DNA from: Alphaproteobacteria bacterium
GTDB lineage: Bacteria > Pseudomonadota > Alphaproteobacteria > JAREAF01
Length of the DNA stretch: 64,000 bases
Direction: 5' to 3'
Assembly: GCA_035620695.1 (NCBI GenBank)
Contig: DASPGI010000193.1
Span: 64,398 to 128,397, forward strand
Below, in pieces: positions 58,351 to 64,000 of the stretch. A model generated the notes under the pieces. That model did not search any database. It had not been told where the DNA came from and saw only the letters and a program-made list of their open reading frames with translations. Within the stretch, counting starts at the first letter, position 1, and the number at the start of each line of letters is the position of its first letter. The position numbers were made by a program, and so were the translations under genes.

Positions 58351-59727
58351 ATGAAGCCGTTCATGCACACGAGGACGCCGCCCTTATCTGCGGCAATAGC
58401 CGCGACCTTCGCCGGTACGTTGGAGATGGCCGGCGTCGACCCCAAGGGGCGCGCCAACTCTTGGTACGCCGCGACTGCGAATCCCTGCGAGTCTTATCCG
58501 GCGCTGAGAGGCGACCGTCAGCATCAGGTAGCAGTCATCGGCGCAGGAGTTACGGGTCTAAACACGGCCATCGAGCTTGCCGAGCGCGGCATCGATGTTG
58601 CTGTTCTCGAAGCGGAGGAAGTTGGCTGGGGTGCATCGGGCAGAAATGGCGGCCAAGTCGTCACCGGGTTCATCAAGTCCCTCAACGCCCTTTCAAAGTT
58701 GGTCGGCAAGGAGGACACCAAGCGCCTTTGGGGCATGGCGGAAGAGGGCAAGCGGCTGATCCAGCGCCGGATCCAGGCCTACAATATCGCCTGCGGCTAT
58801 AGACCGGGTTACATGTACACCGCCGTGAAGCCAAGTCACGAAACCTGGCTGAAGGAACTCTTGGACAGCTGGAACGCCTATGGCTATGAAGGCGCCCGCT
58901 GGATCGGCCCCGAGGAAACTCGTTCGCTGGTCGACTGCCCCTATTATCGGGGTGGAATTTTCGACATCAAGAGCGGGCACCTCCATCCCCTGAACTACGT
59001 TCGTGGGCTGGGGCATGCCGCCGTGCGGGCTGGCGCAACGATATACGAGCGCAGCCCGGCGATCGAGCTGCGCCACGGCGCCAAGCTGGTCATCAAAACA
59101 CCAAAGGGGGCCGTGACCGCGGATTTCGCGGTGCTCGCCGGCAACGCGCTCTTGGGACCGATCTCTTCCGGTGTTGCCCGGATCATCAATCCTCAGATTG
59201 CCGCGGTTTCCACTTACATCATCGCGACAGAGCCCATGGATCCTGCGCGCGCGGCCACGATTGTCCCGGGAGACATCGCCGTGTCGGACATCATGTACGT
59301 GGTCAACTACTACCGTCGCTCGCACGACCATCGAATCTTGTTTGGCGGCGGTCTCGATTGGTCCGGACTAGCCAGGGGAAATGTCGCCGCACGTATGCAC
59401 ACCGCCATGGAGAAGTGGCTGCCGAGATCGAAAGATCTCCGTATCGACTATTGCTGGGGCGGTTACGTCGACATGACGATGAACCGCCTGCCCAGCCTCG
59501 GTAGGCTGGCGTCGAACATCTTTTACGCCCATGGGTTCTCCGGCAACGGCCTGACGCTTACAGGCATCGCGGGCCGCGTAATCGCCGAGGCGGTCGCCGG
59601 TACGGCCTCGCGCTTCGAGGTCTTTGCCCGTATTCCGCATCGCCCCTTCCCCGGCGGCCCACTGCTGAGGCAACCGATCGCCGTCTTGGGCGCCCTCTGG
59701 TACAAGATGAAGGATCTCCTGCCATGA
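58351..59727 (+). CDS. FAD-dependent oxidoreductase (DAO family; gamma-glutamylputrescine oxidase-like)
   Basis: Dinucleotide motif VAVIGAGVTGLNTAIELAERG and DAO C-terminal region. Confidence 0.8.
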   Translation: MKPFMHTRTPPLSAAIAATFAGTLEMAGVDPKGRANSWYAATANPCESYPALRGDRQHQVAVIGAGVTGLNTAIELAERGIDVAVLEAEEVGWGASGRNGGQVVTGFIKSLNALSKLVGKEDTKRLWGMAEEGKRLIQRRIQAYNIACGYRPGYMYTAVKPSHETWLKELLDSWNAYGYEGARWIGPEETRSLVDCPYYRGGIFDIKSGHLHPLNYVRGLGHAAVRAGATIYERSPAIELRHGAKLVIKTPKGAVTADFAVLAGNALLGPISSGVARIINPQIAAVSTYIIATEPMDPARAATIVPGDIAVSDIMYVVNYYRRSHDHRILFGGGLDWSGLARGNVAARMHTAMEKWLPRSKDLRIDYCWGGYVDMTMNRLPSLGRLASNIFYAHGFSGNGLTLTGIAGRVIAEAVAGTASRFEVFARIPHRPFPGGPLLRQPIAVLGALWYKMKDLLP

Positions 59728-60614
59728 AACCGGACTATGTCGTCATCAACGCGCCGTCATGCCTAGGTCTTTCGCCTACGGGGGTGGAACGGCTACCCGA
59801 TTCCCTGAAGAAATACGGCCTGATCGAAAAGCTTAGCGCTCGCGATGGCACCTCTCTACGGCCCGCTCCTTACAACCCGCGGCGCGACGAGAAGACCGGC
59901 TATCTCAACCCCGAGGGCATACGCGAGTTCTCCTTGAAGCTCGCCGATGCCGTTGGAAAGGAGTGGGACCGAGGATCGGTTCCCATCGTTCTCGGCGGGG
60001 ATTGTTCGATTCTCATCGGCGACATGCTCGAGCTCAAGCGCCGTGGCCGGTATGGGCTTCTCTTCATCGATGGGCATGCGGACTATTACGGCTCGCACGA
60101 ATCGCCAACCGGCGAGGCGGCCGACATGGACCTGGCGATCGTGACCGGCGCGCAGAACAACGACGATTTCTTGGCCGATATTGAAGGGCTGAAGCCCTTG
60201 GTTCGGCCGGAAGATACAGTACTTTTCGGTTTCCGTGATGAGAAGCTCGCAAAGCAAGCCGGATCTCAGGATGTTCGAAAGAGCGCAATCCACGTCTTCT
60301 CGTTGGACGATATCCGGCGAATCGGCTGGGACGAAGCGCTGAGGCAGGCGTTGGCAATCGTCACAAAGAAGGAGCTCAAAGGCTTTTTCATCCACTTCGA
60401 TGTCGACGTTCTCGACGACGTGGTGATGCCCGCTGTCGATTACAGGATGCCGGATGGCTTCACCTTCAAGGAGGCATCGAAGGTCCTTCGCCGTGCCCGC
60501 GAGACCGGACGTCTCGTCGGGCTGAACGTGACGATCTTCAATCCCGCGCTCGACGCCGATGGCGCGATCGCCCAAGGACTCGTCGATTGCCTTGTCGACG
60601 GGTTGAATCCTTAG
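59724..60614 (+). CDS. Arginase-family ureohydrolase (agmatinase / guanidino-acid hydrolase / formiminoglutamase-like)
   Basis: Mn-ligand motifs GGDCS, DGHADY, FDVDVLD. ATGA overlap with the upstream gene. Confidence 0.8.
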   Translation: MKPDYVVINAPSCLGLSPTGVERLPDSLKKYGLIEKLSARDGTSLRPAPYNPRRDEKTGYLNPEGIREFSLKLADAVGKEWDRGSVPIVLGGDCSILIGDMLELKRRGRYGLLFIDGHADYYGSHESPTGEAADMDLAIVTGAQNNDDFLADIEGLKPLVRPEDTVLFGFRDEKLAKQAGSQDVRKSAIHVFSLDDIRRIGWDEALRQALAIVTKKELKGFFIHFDVDVLDDVVMPAVDYRMPDGFTFKEASKVLRRARETGRLVGLNVTIFNPALDADGAIAQGLVDCLVDGLNP

Positions 60615-60624
60615 GACCGCGTCG

Positions 60625-61935
60625 ATGGAGTATCTGAAGAAGGCGAAGACCGTCACGCTCGCGCAAGCACAAGAGGTGTCGGCGCTGGTCGCCCGGATCC
60701 TGGCCGATGTCCGAGCGCGTGGGCTGGACGCGGTCAGGGAGTACTCGCAGCAGTTCGATCACTGGGCTCCGGCTACTTTCAGGTTGGATCCCAGTGATAT
60801 CGAGGGGATCGTCGCATCGGTCGACCCGCAAGCCAAAGCAGACATCGCTTTTGCGCAAGCGCAGGTGAGGACGTTCGCAGAAGCCCAGAAGGCGTCGCTT
60901 CGCGACGTCCGAGTAGAGCCGCATCCGGGCGTCGTGCTCGGACACAGACACATACCGGTCGAGAGTGTCGCCTGCTACGTGCCCGGCGGCCGTTATCCGC
61001 TCCTCGCCTCGGCCCATATGGGCATTATTACGGCGCGGGTCGCCGGCGTATCGCGCGTGATAGCCCTCACGCCCCCCATGGGAGGCAAGCCCAATCCCGC
61101 AACGATTGCGGCGATCGCCATGGCCGGCGCCGATGAAATACACCTTGTCGGCGGTGTGCAGGCGCTGGCGGCGGCGGCCTATGGAACCAAGGAGCTGGCC
61201 CGGGTCGATATGCTGGTCGGCCCGGGCAATGCCTTCGTGGCCGAGGCCAAGCGTCAGCTATTCGGCGAGGTGGGAATCGACCTTCTTGCCGGACCGACGG
61301 AAACGCTGATCATCGCCGACGATAGCGCCGATGCGGAGATGATCGCGGTCGATCTCTTGGGCCAGGCCGAGCACGGTCCCGACTCACCCTGCATACTCAT
61401 CACACTGTCGCGTCGATTGGGGATGGAGACAATCGGGGAGGTCGAGCGTCAGCTCGCCTCCCTTGAGACCGCCGCGATCGCCGGCGTGGCCTGGCGCGAT
61501 CATGGCGAGGTTATTGTCGTCAAGGACGACGCCGAGGCCGTTCACGTCGCCGACCGCATCGCAAGCGAGCATGTTCAGGCGCTAACCAGAAACACCGATT
61601 ACTATCTCGCAAATCTCCGCAACTATGGCGCCTTGTTTCTCGGTCCGATGACCAATGTCGCCTTTGGCGACAAGGTCATCGGAACCAATCACATCCTGCC
61701 GACCAGGGGCGCGGCGCGATATACAGGCGGCCTTTGGGTCGGGAAGTTCCTCAAGACTTGCACCTTTCAGCAGATCACCGACGCAAGATCGAGCGCCCTC
61801 ATCGGCCAGTATGGAAGCCGTCTGTGCGCGCTCGAGAATTTCGCAGGCCACAAACGGCAGACCGATCTTCGCGTCGAACGGTATGGTGAAAGAGCGCCCT
61901 CCCCCTGGCGCCGCGCCGCATCCCGCGGACAGTAG
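60625..61935 (+). CDS. Histidinol dehydrogenase family protein (HisD-like NAD-dependent 4-electron dehydrogenase paralogue)
   Basis: HisD-fold signatures across the protein ([28 protein letters not shown]). Confidence 0.75.
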   Translation: MEYLKKAKTVTLAQAQEVSALVARILADVRARGLDAVREYSQQFDHWAPATFRLDPSDIEGIVASVDPQAKADIAFAQAQVRTFAEAQKASLRDVRVEPHPGVVLGHRHIPVESVACYVPGGRYPLLASAHMGIITARVAGVSRVIALTPPMGGKPNPATIAAIAMAGADEIHLVGGVQALAAAAYGTKELARVDMLVGPGNAFVAEAKRQLFGEVGIDLLAGPTETLIIADDSADAEMIAVDLLGQAEHGPDSPCILITLSRRLGMETIGEVERQLASLETAAIAGVAWRDHGEVIVVKDDAEAVHVADRIASEHVQALTRNTDYYLANLRNYGALFLGPMTNVAFGDKVIGTNHILPTRGAARYTGGLWVGKFLKTCTFQQITDARSSALIGQYGSRLCALENFAGHKRQTDLRVERYGERAPSPWRRAASRGQ

Positions 61936-61974
61936 CGCCGACTATCTCCCCCACCCCTAACTAGAAGGACTGCC

Positions 61975-62358
61975 ATGAGCCAGACTCTGCGAAATATTGA
62001 TGACATCGTGCATTTCGAGAATGCCCCTTTGGCGGAACCCTCCGTGCCGATCGATCCCAATTCGATCCTCAGGGGAAACAAGGTCACGGAACGCACCAAG
62101 GTTCAGTACACCGACAAACGAGCAGAGTTGACCGTCGGGGTTTGGGAAAGTGATTCCGGTGCGTGGGCCATCCTGACGCAGGAAGACGAATTCGTTTGGG
62201 TGATGGAGGGGGAAATCCGCATCACCGATGATCGCGGGCGCAGCCGTACCTACGGCCCTGGCGACTCCTTCTTTGTACCTGAACGTTTCAAAGGAACCTG
62301 GGAAAGCCTTTCCCCGGTTCGCAAGATCTTCGTCTCGCTCAAGCGCAAGCACGACTAG
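61975..62358 (+). CDS. Small cupin (DUF861/EutQ-like)
   Basis: Cupin core GVWESDSGAW...EFVWVMEGEIRITDD...GDSFFVPERFKGTWE. Confidence 0.65.
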   Translation: MSQTLRNIDDIVHFENAPLAEPSVPIDPNSILRGNKVTERTKVQYTDKRAELTVGVWESDSGAWAILTQEDEFVWVMEGEIRITDDRGRSRTYGPGDSFFVPERFKGTWESLSPVRKIFVSLKRKHD

Positions 62359-62378
62359 GCAATCCGAGCTGGTCGAAG

Positions 62379-63752
62379 ATGATCGCCGAAGCACCGTGCG
62401 GTGAGACGGCTCGCAATGTCGATGTCGTCCTCATCGGAGCCGGACTTGCCGGCCTGACAGCCGCGTGGCGACTGTATCGCGCCGGCGTTACGTCGCTTGC
62501 CGTGCTCGAGGCGCAGGATCGGGTCGGGGGCCGAACCCTAAACCGACCCGCCGAGCTTGCGGGATACGTCGAGCAGGGCGGAACCTGGGTCGGCCCCACC
62601 CATCGACATCTTCTGGCGCTGGCCAAGGAGATCGGGGTAGGCATTCGACGCGGGAAGCCGGAAGGAAAGACATTCTATCGCGATAAGGGGCAATGGACCC
62701 AGGTCGATGCTCGCGAGGGCGAGGCACCAGGGGCGGCGCAGGAGGATTTCCAGCGCGCACTGGCGGCTTTCGAGAGGCTGAGCAATACCATCAACACCGA
62801 GGCGCCGTGGCGTTCCCCCAACGCCGTCGAGCTGGACCGGACCACCGTCGGTGACTGGATCGAGCGCAACACCCGGACAGCCGAGGGAAAGGCGCTGTTC
62901 GAAGGCTGCATACGCAAGATGCAGGGCGGCGATCCTCATGCCGTCTCGCTGCTCTGGATGCTTCAGTTCGTCGGTTCCGCGACCTTTCGAGACCTTCTCG
63001 ATACCGCCGAGGATTATCGGTTCGTCGGCGGCTCGCAGTCGGTTTCATTGAAGCTGGCCGAGGCGCTTGGGCCACGGGTGGTGCTCAATGCCCCGGTAAT
63101 ACGCATCGAGGGGTATATGGGCGACGGCGTTGCCGTGCATACCGCTCAACAAAGCTGGCGCGCACAACGGGCGATCATTGCCGCCATGCCGGCCTGTCTG
63201 AGAAGGGTCGCTTTCAATCCGCCGCTCCCACGCGAGCATCGGAAGATGATCGCCGACTGGGCCACCATGAGTTGGCTGAAGTTCAATGCGGTCTATCCCA
63301 AGCCATTCTGGCGCGACCGGACAATCGGGAGCCAATTCCTGTGCCTGGATCGGCGGGTCGAGGCTTTCGACATTTCACCGAAGGATGAAAGCTGGGGCGA
63401 GCTCGTCGGGTTTCTGCTTCCGGATTCCCTTGGCCGCGAGGTCGCCGATCGGGCGAACTTCTGCCTGGAATTCCTAAGGGATGTGTATGGCGAGGGAGCC
63501 GATCGGCCGGCCGCGATCTCGATCACTGATTGGCAAGACAATCCGTGGATCGGTGGTTGCGTCAGCGCGCTCCCGCCTGGACTGCTGACGGACGCCAAGC
63601 AGGGCCTTAGCGCCGGCGTGGGCAGGCTCGAATGGGCCGGATCGGAACGCTCCGACGTCTGGGTCAACTACATGGAAGGCGCTGTTCGTTCTGGCGAGCG
63701 CGCCGCGCGAAACGTGCTCGCCGCCTTGGCGGTGCAGTCGGTTCGAGCATGA
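62379..63752 (+). CDS. Flavin-containing amine oxidase (MAO/putrescine oxidase family)
   Basis: VVLIGAGLAGLTAAWRL...VLEAQDRVGGR dinucleotide motif and amine-oxidase C-terminal region. Confidence 0.8.
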   Translation: MIAEAPCGETARNVDVVLIGAGLAGLTAAWRLYRAGVTSLAVLEAQDRVGGRTLNRPAELAGYVEQGGTWVGPTHRHLLALAKEIGVGIRRGKPEGKTFYRDKGQWTQVDAREGEAPGAAQEDFQRALAAFERLSNTINTEAPWRSPNAVELDRTTVGDWIERNTRTAEGKALFEGCIRKMQGGDPHAVSLLWMLQFVGSATFRDLLDTAEDYRFVGGSQSVSLKLAEALGPRVVLNAPVIRIEGYMGDGVAVHTAQQSWRAQRAIIAAMPACLRRVAFNPPLPREHRKMIADWATMSWLKFNAVYPKPFWRDRTIGSQFLCLDRRVEAFDISPKDESWGELVGFLLPDSLGREVADRANFCLEFLRDVYGEGADRPAAISITDWQDNPWIGGCVSALPPGLLTDAKQGLSAGVGRLEWAGSERSDVWVNYMEGAVRSGERAARNVLAALAVQSVRA

Positions 63753-63778
63753 TCGGCGCGAGGCACTGGCCGCGAGAG

Positions 63779-64000
63779 TCAGCGCACGGTGCCGCAGGCA
63801 ATCCGTCCCCCCGCCCCTCCCAACGGCTGGGGCTGGTCGGAATAGGAGTCGCCCCCGGCATGAATGACCAGCGAATGGCCATTCAGATCGGCCACCTTAA
63901 GGCGCGGCACGACTAACGGCTCTTTGGAAGCGACCATGCCGTCCGCACCGATTTCTATCAGCGGCAGGTCCCCGAGATGGCCCTCTCCCGTCGGACCCAA
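63779..64000 (-). CDS. sodC: Cu,Zn superoxide dismutase, C-terminal part (gene continues beyond the window)
   Basis: GHSLVIHAGGDSYSDQPQPLGGAGGRIACGTV is the SodC C-terminal signature. Confidence 0.75.
   Translation of the reverse strand: MGPTGEGHLGDLPLIEIGADGMVASKEPLVVPRLKVADLNGHSLVIHAGGDSYSDQPQPLGGAGGRIACGTVR

Noticed and set aside
1-64000. Mobile elements, CRISPR arrays, tRNA or rRNA genes, toxin-antitoxin or phage-defence cassettes
   Set aside because: I found no transposase, integrase or Cas-like proteins, no direct-repeat arrays, and no cloverleaf-like conserved tRNA stretches. GC content is uniform apart from short promoter patches.

Overview
High-GC (~64%) alphaproteobacterial (Rhizobiales-like) chromosomal segment that is densely coding on both strands. 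No rRNA, tRNA, CRISPR array, IS element or prophage was detected, and no defence system was recognised. The window has six main gene blocks, in order. (1) A sulfur-metabolism operon (cysteine-synthase-like, AlaX, 3-mercaptopyruvate sulfurtransferase, GNAT) sits next to a convergent aapJQMP general L-amino-acid ABC transporter. (2) metC and hisI are followed by a compact, translationally coupled Tad/Flp pilus locus (flp, cpaB, cpaC, cpaD, cpaE, cpaF, tadB, tadC) with no cpaA, tadD or pseudopilin genes in the window. (3) A redox/second-messenger region holds a GT-C-like membrane protein, a PAP2 phosphatase gene overlapping a CyaC-type adenylate cyclase (tetra-His 6TM + 2Fe-2S), an orphan receiver, and a CHASE sensor kinase translationally coupled to a peptidoglycan-binding repeat lipoprotein. 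(4) An amidohydrolase + CocE/NonD hydrolase + peptide ABC cluster precedes a Bradyrhizobium-like fixL-fixJ-receiver-fixK module, a formate/nitrite transporter and a FecR + CHASE2 adenylate cyclase + Crp module. (5) A metA-metY direct-sulfhydrylation pair lies downstream of a truncated haemoglobin and an alpha/beta hydrolase. (6) The right end carries a MarR-regulated operon (FAD oxidase, ureohydrolase, HisD-like dehydrogenase, cupin, amine oxidase) whose substrate is unknown. The most unusual sequence-level signal is three phased CRP-type TGTGA-N6-TCACA sites in the 52.1-52.4 kb divergent promoter region.
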